Positions 1-8,274 of a DNA stretch of 64,000 bases are shown here, piece after piece. The stretch covers positions 32,001-96,000 of IMG/VR virus record IMGVR_UViG_3300020442_000007; one strand, written 5' to 3'. The stretch is from a virus. The notes under the pieces are model-generated. The model searched no databases. It was not told the DNA's origin and saw only the letters and a list, made by a program, of their open reading frames with translations. Each line of letters starts with the position of its first letter. Position 1 is the first letter of the stretch. The translations under genes and the position numbers were made by a program.

Positions 1-1
1 A

Positions 2-346
2 GCCGATGCTCATAAAGCATGGGTTAAGTATTCAAGTAATTTTGGTATGAATTTGAAAGCTCTAAAGGCAAGTTTAGATAAACAAGAAAAAGCAATGGGG
101 CTACGTGAATTTGAAAAATTAACAACTTTCAAAGGCAAAAGCAGTGATGTACAAGACTTTAAAGAAGTTACTCCAGAAGAACTTAAAAAAAGATTAGGTG
201 ATATTCTAGGAGCGTTGGGTGCAAGCGGTGCTTTACAAAATTTAGAAAAAAACTTCAATAAAATGTTGCAACAATTTAAAGGTGATATTGAAGTGATGGA
301 TAAGATATTGCAGCAGAAAGAAGACGAGCTTGGGTTATCGATATGA
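2..346 (+). CDS. hypothetical protein, 5'-truncated by window edge
   Basis: Frame of ORF 47..346 is open back to position 2 (ADAHKAWVKYSSNFGM...); stop overlaps next start (ATGA). Confidence 0.7.
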   Translation, partial: ADAHKAWVKYSSNFGMNLKALKASLDKQEKAMGLREFEKLTTFKGKSSDVQDFKEVTPEELKKRLGDILGALGASGALQNLEKNFNKMLQQFKGDIEVMDKILQQKEDELGLSI

Positions 347-672
347 GATTAAACGAATTCACAGACAAAGAAGAATTACCATTTGACGTAGTAGATGATA
401 CACTTGTATTCATGCGTAATGATCCTGTCTTCTATCGCAAATATTATTATCCAGCAGTATGTGAACTTGCTGATTGCCAACGTGCAGGCAAAGATGCTGA
501 CCCAAAAAAATATCTCACACCTATGATTGAAAAAGGTTGCGATGCATATGTTAAAAAATACAACGTAGGACGTAATTCAGAAGAAGTTTTCACAGCTGAA
601 GACCGCACAAATCTCCTTCAAAAAATAAATGATGAAGAAACTGAAAATATTCGAAAAGGCGATTACACGTGA
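343..672 (+). CDS. hypothetical protein, putative head-packaged
   Basis: ATGA coupling; N-terminus MRLNEF resembles T4 capsid-targeting sequences. Confidence 0.7.
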   Translation: MRLNEFTDKEELPFDVVDDTLVFMRNDPVFYRKYYYPAVCELADCQRAGKDADPKKYLTPMIEKGCDAYVKKYNVGRNSEEVFTAEDRTNLLQKINDEETENIRKGDYT

Positions 673-1448
673 AAATCTATGAAGTTACAGGCGCAAACAA
701 AACAGCTTCTTTTGCACTAGGTAGATTAAATCCAGCAACTACCGGACACGAACTTCTTGTAAATGCAATAAAAAAAGAACAAGGTGACTCTTTCTTATTC
801 CTTACTGATAGGGCGCCAAAGCTACCAAAAGATCCGTTAACATCAGAAGATAAATTAGACTGGGCTCGTAAGAGTTTCAATGGTATAAGTATTGGACTTG
901 CAAAAAATGTTTTAATAGCTGCGGATAGATTATACAAACTTGGGTATAGAGATATTGTTTATTTAGAAGGTATAGATCCGGAAAAACCTTTTCCTTTATC
1001 AAAGCTAATTAAAGATTATAATGGTGTTAAGAAAGATCTACATGATTATAATTTTAATAGTATAAGAGTAGTACAACTTCCAAGAAATGCAAGTGCTGCA
1101 GATGCTAGTGGGATGAGTGCAAGTAAATTACGTCAAACAGTTATGGATAATAATTTAGAAGAATTTAAAGCAGGAGTTACACAAATAGCACAACCATATG
1201 CAGAAGATATGTTTAAAAAATTACAAGGCATAATGGGAGTTGATCCTGTAGAAGAAGGATTGTTAGATTTAATAAGTTTTTCAGGAAATGAAATGGAAGA
1301 AAAATACATTCCATTTGTTATAAAAAATGTTAGGAGATATGGTACTCAGAGAACTGAAAGATTGTTAGTTAAAAAATTTCCTAAAATTAAACCAGTAGAC
1401 GTAAAGAGAGCTATGAGACAAGCTCTAGATATTATGAACAAAGGCTAG
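669..1448 (+). CDS. cytidyltransferase-like (HxGH) nucleotidyltransferase of T4-like phages
   Basis: FALGRLNPATTGH and SGMSASKLR motifs; GTG start; MKIYEV N-terminus. Confidence 0.75.
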   Translation: MKIYEVTGANKTASFALGRLNPATTGHELLVNAIKKEQGDSFLFLTDRAPKLPKDPLTSEDKLDWARKSFNGISIGLAKNVLIAADRLYKLGYRDIVYLEGIDPEKPFPLSKLIKDYNGVKKDLHDYNFNSIRVVQLPRNASAADASGMSASKLRQTVMDNNLEEFKAGVTQIAQPYAEDMFKKLQGIMGVDPVEEGLLDLISFSGNEMEEKYIPFVIKNVRRYGTQRTERLLVKKFPKIKPVDVKRAMRQALDIMNKG

Positions 1449-1452
1449 ACAG

Positions 1453-1671
1453 ATGGATGAACTAGCATACATTAAAAAACTAGCTGGCGTAAATGAATTT
1501 AAAGGATACACAGAATACCAAATAGATGAAAATCCAAGTATTACAGCGGCAGGAATTAAAAAGAAAGAAAAGAAACTAGGGCTTAAACCAGGCGATCCAG
1601 ATTGGTTTAAATTATGGTTTAGTAAACCATACATGACAGGGGCAGTACAATTTAGAGGAAGAAAAAAATGA
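1453..1671 (+). CDS. small hypothetical protein, putative head-associated
   Basis: IKKLAGVNE motif shared with 7687..8274 (SKLAGINE). Confidence 0.65.
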   Translation: MDELAYIKKLAGVNEFKGYTEYQIDENPSITAAGIKKKEKKLGLKPGDPDWFKLWFSKPYMTGAVQFRGRKK

Positions 1672-1907
1672 AAATGTTTCTAATAGTAATTGCAATGATA
1701 GCTAGTCCAGGTTCTAAGGATACGGATTTATATATAATACAAGAACCTAATTTCAAACAACCTCAACATTGTTTACAATTTGTTCAAATCAATACCCGTC
1801 CTTTAATTGAAAAAGCAAAATCTGTATACCCTACCCAAGAAGTTGAAAATATTTATTGTATTACTGAAGAAAAATTAAAGGTATTAATTAGCGGAACCAA
1901 GGCATGA
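1668..1907 (+). CDS. small secreted/membrane protein with two Cys
   Basis: Hydrophobic N-terminus MKMFLIVIAMIA; AGGA RBS; ATGA overlaps on both sides. Confidence 0.65.
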   Translation: MKMFLIVIAMIASPGSKDTDLYIIQEPNFKQPQHCLQFVQINTRPLIEKAKSVYPTQEVENIYCITEEKLKVLISGTKA

Positions 1908-4900
1908 AATTTAAAGACATAAAAGTTAAGGAATACGGCGTAGGTAGAATTACTAAACAAAATACTACCGCGGATGTAAAGCCTGGTGAAACTAAAAGAC
2001 AAGCTGCTAAATTTGGTTTCAAATTAGGTAAAGACGGAAGGCCGCCAACTCTAAGTAAAAAGGTCAAAGGATCTAAAACTAATGTTCTTTTTAACTTTGG
2101 TCTAGCAGAAACAAATAGAAAAAATAATCTTATCGATTTTGTAAATTTTTGTAAAGAACAATTACAATTAAAAAATAGTCCACCTATAAAATTTGTAAGT
2201 GATACAGAAGATACTACTTTTGGATATTTTGACAAAGATAACAAAAATATAGTTGTTCAAAATACTGGTAGGCATCAAATGGATGTGATGCGTACTGTTG
2301 CACATGAATTAATCCATTACAAGCAAGACCAAATGTTTAATAGAGAACTTGATGGAGAAGATGGAAGCCCAGACGAAAATCAAGCAAATGCATTGGCTGG
2401 AGTAATTTTAAGAAGATGGGGACAAAAAAATCCAACTTTATTCACCGAATCGGTTGACGAAGATACCCAAAGTAGTGTATACTTTACTAATATGCAGGAG
2501 CAGTTAGGAGAAATAGGAAAAACCACAGAAATTTATGTAGACATGGACGGAGTGTTAGCTGATTTCTTTGGAGAATGGACAAAGCTAATGAATGTAGATC
2601 ATTGGAGTCAAATTGATAACGATGGCTTATCCGGTGCTTTACAAAAAATTAGAGATACTGACGAGTTTTGGTTAAAGTTACCAATGCTTCCACAAGCAAA
2701 AGAATTACTTCAATTAATAAAAAATATAAAAGGTGAGTATAATATATGTTCTAGTCCCCTAGCAGATGATCCAAATTCGGAACCACACAAGAGACAATGG
2801 ATAAAAGATAACCTTGGATTCTTTCCTCCTAAGAATGTATATATTACACATGACAAAGCACAGTTTGCTAAAAATGTAGATGGCACACCCAACATACTAA
2901 TTGATGATTTTGGTAGGAATGTAAGACAATGGGAGTCTGCAGGTGGCATAGGCTTCAAATATAAAGACCATAAGTTCGAAAGAACTGCAAAACAATTACA
3001 AAAGCATATTGCAGAAAACAAATATTCTGATTTAGGACATAAAAAACCTAAGAACTTAAAAACTGATCTTAAGTTACCTAATGGTGACAAAAAAGTTTTA
3101 CGTGCAGACGATAAAGATCATATCAGAGGACTAGTTGTGAGAAGTAATGCTGATGGAAGTTACGATTCATATTACTGGTATAATGACCCTACAAGAAAAG
3201 TTCCTATAGAAATCACAATTGATGGCAAATCAGTTGCTAAAGATGCAAAAAATATTCATTGGAAGTTTCACCCTGAACTAAATGAAGAAAAAATGAGTAA
3301 AAAAGACCTAAAATCTGCTCATAAAACTGCTGATAAAATTTTAGATAAACCTAAGGCAAAAAAGTCTATTGCAAAATGGGCTAAGGACAAGGGAATGGAT
3401 CCCGAAGGTGCAGTATATGCAATAGCAACAAACATGCAAAAAAAGAAAAAAACAGAAACTTATTCAAGAGATGAGTTACCTCAGCTTAAATTAAAACAAT
3501 TAAAAGAAAAAAACTTTCCTTATAAGATTGTGCCTTTATCTTTGAAAAATATTATTCCTGTACAAAAAGAACGTATTAAAGAAAATTATAAAAAGCATCT
3601 AATTAATATACAAAAAGGTGTTTTCAATCCTATTGTTGTAGATAGTGAGAATAAAATAATAAATGGACATCATAGATATGATGTAATAAAACAAATTGGA
3701 ATGAAAGAAGTATCGGTGGTACAGGTTCCATTTACATTAGAAAGTTTATTAGAAAAGTTGGATCAAAAAAAAAATCTGAATGCTCTAATTACACCAAATC
3801 TAAAAAAACTACATAACATTTTTTCCAAAAATAAATTTGAAGTTCGTATAATTGGCGGAGCTGTTAGAGATATTGCACTAGGTAAACAACCTAAAGATAT
3901 TGATCTAGCAACAGATGCTACTCCTGATGAAATGATTGCTATGTTCGATAAGGCAGGTATTAGACACATTCCTACAGGTATAGAGCATGGAACAGTAACC
4001 GCAGTAATAGATAAAGAACCTTATGAAATTACAACTTTACGTGCAGACGTTGAAACTGATGGAAGAAGAGCAAAGGTAAAATTTGTAAGAAATTGGAAGG
4101 CAGATGCACAAAGAAGAGACTTAACTTATAATGCTATGAGTTTAGACTTTAATGGTAAAATATATGACTATTTTGATGGTATGAATGACTTACAAAATAA
4201 GGTAAGCAAGTTTGTAGGTGATCCTTCAGAACGTATTAAGGAAGACTATTTAAGAATTCTAAGATATTTGCGATTTCAAGGTAGACTTAATAAACCAAAA
4301 TGGGAAGAAGACACGACTACTGCTATCAAAAAAAATGTAAAAGGATTGAAAAATATTAGTGCTGAAAGAGTTTGGCAGGAAATGTCCAAAATTTTGTCTG
4401 GAGGAAATGTAAAAGAAATAGTTTCATACATGGATAAAACTGGAGTAGCAAAACAAATTAATTTGCCTACAAACAATGCAAAAAAATTAGTTGATAATGA
4501 CAATGAAATTATAAATTTAGCTAGATTAGTAGACAATGATGATCTTGCATTAAAATGGAAATTAAGTAAAGACGAACACACTACATTATTAACTCTTGTT
4601 AACAATAAGGACAAAAAACTTACACAAAAAGCGGCAGAAGATTTACTTGTAGATGGAAAAAATAAAGAAATATTAGCAAAACTTGCTGTGTTACAAGGAG
4701 ATCCAGAACTATCAAATTATATACTTAATTTTAATCCGCCGGTATTTCCAGTCACTGGTAATGACTTAATAGCTATGGGATATAAAAGCGGGCCTGAACT
4801 AGGTCAAACGCTTAACAAGGTCAAGTCTGCTTGGAAGCAAAGTAATTTTACAGCTAATAAAGATGATCTTTTACAAAATTTAAAAGAAGATATAAATCCA

Positions 4901-5458
4901 ACAATGCCAAATTTTGATTATGAATGGGGAGAAGCACAACGCTATCCTGAATTTGAAAAACTTGGTAAGGAAAAATGGATTGAGTTAGCTAAACAAGGAA
5001 AAATATTTACTTTAACAAAAAAAGATATTAGGGATATTCATAACACAGATGCTGGAGATATGGGTAGTTTTAAAAAATTAGAATTAGCAAAACAATTAAG
5101 AGTGTTAGATAAACTAAAAAAGGGCGAATATGAATTGCCTATAATTGCTATGTACAGCGACGGTTGGTTAGAATTAATCGGCGGTAACACTCGTCTTACT
5201 GCGATGATTGGCATGCAAGATCAAGCTAAGGTCTGGGTATTTAAAGTTCCTGATGAAGTTGCAAATTTAGCAGTTAATGAAAACTTTGCAGATGGTAAGA
5301 AAAAAGGTAAAAGTCGTCCAGGTAGAGTAAAACGTGCAGGAGCTAGTTGTAAAGGTTCTGTAACAAGCCTTAGAGCAAAGGCTAAAAAAGCAAGTGGCGA
5401 ACGTGCTAAGATGTATCATTGGTGTGCTAACATGAAGAGCGGCCGTAAAAAAGGTTAA
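1904..5458 (+). CDS. cca: multidomain polyprotein: Zn-metallopeptidase + HAD 5'(3')-deoxyribonucleotidase + ParB-like + CCA-adding tRNA nucleotidyltransferase + second ParB-like + basic C-terminal domain
   Basis: VAHELIH (HExxH); IYVDMDGVLADF and ILIDD (HAD); PIVVDSENKIINGHHR (ParB); GGAVRD, DIDLATD, DAQRRD, EDYLRILR, ERVWQE (class II NTase motifs); PIIAM..LIGGNTR (ParB-like). Confidence 0.88.
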   Translation: MKFKDIKVKEYGVGRITKQNTTADVKPGETKRQAAKFGFKLGKDGRPPTLSKKVKGSKTNVLFNFGLAETNRKNNLIDFVNFCKEQLQLKNSPPIKFVSDTEDTTFGYFDKDNKNIVVQNTGRHQMDVMRTVAHELIHYKQDQMFNRELDGEDGSPDENQANALAGVILRRWGQKNPTLFTESVDEDTQSSVYFTNMQEQLGEIGKTTEIYVDMDGVLADFFGEWTKLMNVDHWSQIDNDGLSGALQKIRDTDEFWLKLPMLPQAKELLQLIKNIKGEYNICSSPLADDPNSEPHKRQWIKDNLGFFPPKNVYITHDKAQFAKNVDGTPNILIDDFGRNVRQWESAGGIGFKYKDHKFERTAKQLQKHIAENKYSDLGHKKPKNLKTDLKLPNGDKKVLRADDKDHIRGLVVRSNADGSYDSYYWYNDPTRKVPIEITIDGKSVAKDAKNIHWKFHPELNEEKMSKKDLKSAHKTADKILDKPKAKKSIAKWAKDKGMDPEGAVYAIATNMQKKKKTETYSRDELPQLKLKQLKEKNFPYKIVPLSLKNIIPVQKERIKENYKKHLINIQKGVFNPIVVDSENKIINGHHRYDVIKQIGMKEVSVVQVPFTLESLLEKLDQKKNLNALITPNLKKLHNIFSKNKFEVRIIGGAVRDIALGKQPKDIDLATDATPDEMIAMFDKAGIRHIPTGIEHGTVTAVIDKEPYEITTLRADVETDGRRAKVKFVRNWKADAQRRDLTYNAMSLDFNGKIYDYFDGMNDLQNKVSKFVGDPSERIKEDYLRILRYLRFQGRLNKPKWEEDTTTAIKKNVKGLKNISAERVWQEMSKILSGGNVKEIVSYMDKTGVAKQINLPTNNAKKLVDNDNEIINLARLVDNDDLALKWKLSKDEHTTLLTLVNNKDKKLTQKAAEDLLVDGKNKEILAKLAVLQGDPELSNYILNFNPPVFPVTGNDLIAMGYKSGPELGQTLNKVKSAWKQSNFTANKDDLLQNLKEDINPTMPNFDYEWGEAQRYPEFEKLGKEKWIELAKQGKIFTLTKKDIRDIHNTDAGDMGSFKKLELAKQLRVLDKLKKGEYELPIIAMYSDGWLELIGGNTRLTAMIGMQDQAKVWVFKVPDEVANLAVNENFADGKKKGKSRPGRVKRAGASCKGSVTSLRAKAKKASGERAKMYHWCANMKSGRKKG

Positions 5459-5474
5459 ACTATACTAAAATCAG

Positions 5475-5481
5475 CTAAATA
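5475..5481 (+). promoter_or_regulatory. T4-late-like promoter box (CTAAATA)
   Basis: Intergenic, 18 nt upstream of the ATG at 5500; variant of TATAAATA. Confidence 0.4.
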
Positions 5482-5499
5482 TTACGAGAGGGAATTGAT

Positions 5500-6417
5500 A
5501 TGAGATTCAGTGAAATAATAGCAGAAGATAGATTCAGAAAATTCAAACTGCAACGCAAAGGTTCTAAAGGTCCAGCAGTAAAAGAAATGCAAAAAATGCT
5601 TATTTCTTTAGGTTATTTAGACCCAACATGGACAAGTAAGCGTTCTGGTAAATCATTCCCTAGCGATGATGGAAATTTTGGCAATGGTACACTAAGAGCT
5701 GTAAAGGCATTCCAAGAAGCAGAAGGATTGAAAGTAGATGGATTAGTAGGCAAAAATACTATCAAAGCTATGATGAAACTTGCTGATCGAAAAGAAAAAG
5801 ATGAATTAGTTGCAAAAAAAGATGCATCAGTAGGTAAGTCTAAAGCTGAACTAGATACTATGATTAGCAAAGTTTTAAAGAAGAGAGAAGATAAAAAAAT
5901 TGCTGATCTTGTAGATCAAAAGATTAAAGGCAAAATGCGTAATCCAGATATGTACGATGATCTGAAAGCATTAATATCAGCCAAAGGTAGAGTAAGCGGA
6001 GAAGAATTTGGTAAACTAGCACGAGCTTACATAAACAAATCCCTTGCTAAGTATGTGCAAAAATTAGACTTTGCTGGAGCATTGGACTTTATGCTTCAGA
6101 AAACTACTATGTTACCGCCGGCAGAAAGAAAAGACGTTGTGCAACAAGTTATGGCGATGCGTAATGAAATATTAGCAGTCAAAAAAATGACTCCTGACCA
6201 AGCTGTTGCTAAACATGGAGATGAAAAACAAAAAGCCAAACTTGCAAAATTAAATAAAGAATTAGATATATTAAACAAAAGAGAAAAAGAAATAGATAAC
6301 AGAACATTAGACGGAGTACCTGTAGGACCAGAAGCCGAAAAAGATTTTCAAAATAAGGCAGGATTTAGAAATCCTTTTGATGCAGCGGCCGCAATGAAAG
6401 CAGGGAAAATCAAATGA
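5500..6417 (+). CDS. peptidoglycan-binding domain protein
   Basis: LQRKGSKGPAVKEMQKML..LGY...DGNFGNGTLRAVKAFQ..EGLKVDGLVGKNT (PG_binding_1); MRFSEIIAE N-terminus. Confidence 0.8.
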   Translation: MRFSEIIAEDRFRKFKLQRKGSKGPAVKEMQKMLISLGYLDPTWTSKRSGKSFPSDDGNFGNGTLRAVKAFQEAEGLKVDGLVGKNTIKAMMKLADRKEKDELVAKKDASVGKSKAELDTMISKVLKKREDKKIADLVDQKIKGKMRNPDMYDDLKALISAKGRVSGEEFGKLARAYINKSLAKYVQKLDFAGALDFMLQKTTMLPPAERKDVVQQVMAMRNEILAVKKMTPDQAVAKHGDEKQKAKLAKLNKELDILNKREKEIDNRTLDGVPVGPEAEKDFQNKAGFRNPFDAAAAMKAGKIK

Positions 6418-7088
6418 AATTAAGAGAAATTTACAAAGAGGAAATGGGCATAGGCGGCATAGGCAGTAGTATGATAGCTGTCGCTCCTGTTGGCGTAGGA
6501 GGTATGCAAAAACGTAATCCAGATGGTACTGCTAAAAATGCATTAGATCAAGATAGCTTGTTAGGTAGCACAAAGAAGAAAAAGAAGAAGAAAAAACTAA
6601 GTGAAAACGATATTTCAAAATTAAAAAGTTTAGAAAAAGAACTAAAATCAACTGAGAAAAAAATACAAGCAGGTGATGTAAATTACACAGATAAAGCAAC
6701 AATTGATTTATTTAATAAGACTGCTCATACTATTGCGTCTATAAATTTTGAGCAAATGGCTGTTAATATGTTTAAAAAATTTGTAGAACAAGTTGACCTT
6801 GGTATAAAACAAGGAAAATATAGTGCAGAAGATTTGCCAAAAATGCAAAAAGCTAGAGATGAAATGGCAGCACAAATTCCAACACTAGAAAAATATGCGG
6901 CAAAAGCTAAAGAAAGAATAGCAAAAAATAAAGGAAATGAAGTTGGAATGGAAGATATGAGGATGAACAGTAAAGGTAAACTACAATACGATACTCCTTA
7001 TAGTGACTTTCCTAATGATCTTGAAGATGATTTAGACAATTTAAAAGCAGAATTTGACGCTATGCTAAAACAAATGACGAAACAGTAA
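6414..7088 (+). CDS. hypothetical protein, putative head-packaged
   Basis: MKLREIYKEE N-terminus; poly-Lys tract followed by LSE. Confidence 0.7.
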   Translation: MKLREIYKEEMGIGGIGSSMIAVAPVGVGGMQKRNPDGTAKNALDQDSLLGSTKKKKKKKKLSENDISKLKSLEKELKSTEKKIQAGDVNYTDKATIDLFNKTAHTIASINFEQMAVNMFKKFVEQVDLGIKQGKYSAEDLPKMQKARDEMAAQIPTLEKYAAKAKERIAKNKGNEVGMEDMRMNSKGKLQYDTPYSDFPNDLEDDLDNLKAEFDAMLKQMTKQ

Positions 7089-7090
7089 TG

Positions 7091-7098
7091 CATAAATA
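7091..7098 (+). promoter_or_regulatory. T4-late-like promoter box (CATAAATA)
   Basis: Intergenic, upstream of AAGGAG RBS and ATG 7120. Confidence 0.5.
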
Positions 7099-7119
7099 CT
7101 GTATCAAGGAGAATTAAAA

Positions 7120-7674
7120 ATGGCCAAACAAAATAAAAAAGGTTCTTCGATTAAAGAAGGGTTAGCTGACCTTGCACAAGTCGCTGAACGTGATCACGAA
7201 GTGCAAATGGCTAGAGCACAATTATACAAACTAGCCAAATATTCTATTAAGTTACATGAAATGCTTAAAACAGTTACTGAGCAAGAAGGCTTAGAAGGCT
7301 GGGTACAAGCTAAGATTACAAAAGCATCTGATTATATGAGTAGCGTATATCACCACTTAGATTATGATATGAAATTTGCAGAAGATGGTGTAGCAGAAGG
7401 ACTCACAGTAGGTAAAGACAAAAAGAAAGTCAAAGAAGGTGATGGAATATATCACGATTGTGCGAAAAGTTTTAAACATCCTACATATGGTGAATGTAAA
7501 GTAATTCCAGGTGAACATACATTATATGAAGATGGTACAGTAACACATTACGATGCAACATTTAAAAGTTGTGGACAAGATTATATTGTTAGAAATGTTC
7601 CAGTTGAAAAAATGACAGACGTAGTATACGAAGGTCATCATCATGCGGCAAGAAAAAACAAAAAGAAAAAATAG
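7120..7674 (+). CDS. hypothetical two-domain protein, putative head-associated
   Basis: Strong RBS; DHEVQMARAQL..WVQAKITKASDY segment and a His/Cys-containing second segment, each preceded by a (I/V)KE site. Confidence 0.75.
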   Translation: MAKQNKKGSSIKEGLADLAQVAERDHEVQMARAQLYKLAKYSIKLHEMLKTVTEQEGLEGWVQAKITKASDYMSSVYHHLDYDMKFAEDGVAEGLTVGKDKKKVKEGDGIYHDCAKSFKHPTYGECKVIPGEHTLYEDGTVTHYDATFKSCGQDYIVRNVPVEKMTDVVYEGHHHAARKNKKKK

Positions 7675-7686
7675 CAAGGATATAAG

Positions 7687-8274
7687 ATGTCAGATTTTTA
7701 CGATATAAGTGCAAAAATGAAAGACCTATTTCCTTCTAATGCAGAAGAAGATAGAGCTGCTCTTACAGCTATGGCCAATGCTCCAGTAAAAGAAGATGTC
7801 AAAGTAGATCATATTAACGAAAGTGTATCTGTAAAAAAAGGCAGTTTACCAATAGACTTAGATTTACAAAGTTTTTCAAAATTAGCAGGTATAAATGAAA
7901 AACAAAAAGACGCAGATCAAGTACGAGGTTCAGAACCAACACCAGCTATGTCCAAGCCAGGCGGCAACGAAACTCCGCATCCAATGAAAGACAGACTTGT
8001 AGGGGACAGTATAGAAAACGATGAAGAAAGCACAGAAGGTATAAGCATTGTGCCTACAGGCAAAGATCCAATGGCTGACTTACAAACACAACTTAAAAGA
8101 GGAATGGATTTAGTATCCCAAGGATCGGCAATGATTGAAGATGCACAATCTAAAATGAAAGAAATGATGTCTAAGTTGAGTATGGAAAGTAAACCAAGTG
8201 TTAAGACATCAAACGAGTCAACAATAAATTCAATTAAACAAGAATTATTAGCCAAATTAAAAGCGAGTAAGTGA
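7687..8274 (+). CDS. hypothetical protein, putative head-associated
   Basis: AAGGA RBS; INES, KLAGINE, SNES motifs. Confidence 0.7.
   Translation: MSDFYDISAKMKDLFPSNAEEDRAALTAMANAPVKEDVKVDHINESVSVKKGSLPIDLDLQSFSKLAGINEKQKDADQVRGSEPTPAMSKPGGNETPHPMKDRLVGDSIENDEESTEGISIVPTGKDPMADLQTQLKRGMDLVSQGSAMIEDAQSKMKEMMSKLSMESKPSVKTSNESTINSIKQELLAKLKASK

Noticed and set aside
3790-4880. Poly(A) polymerase (pcnB)
   Set aside because: No PAP signature (L/I)VG(R/K)RF; EDYLR template motif and CCA-type loop present
6570-6597. AAG/AAA run as a tandem repeat or slippage site
   Set aside because: Encodes a poly-Lys tract with mixed codons inside an intact ORF
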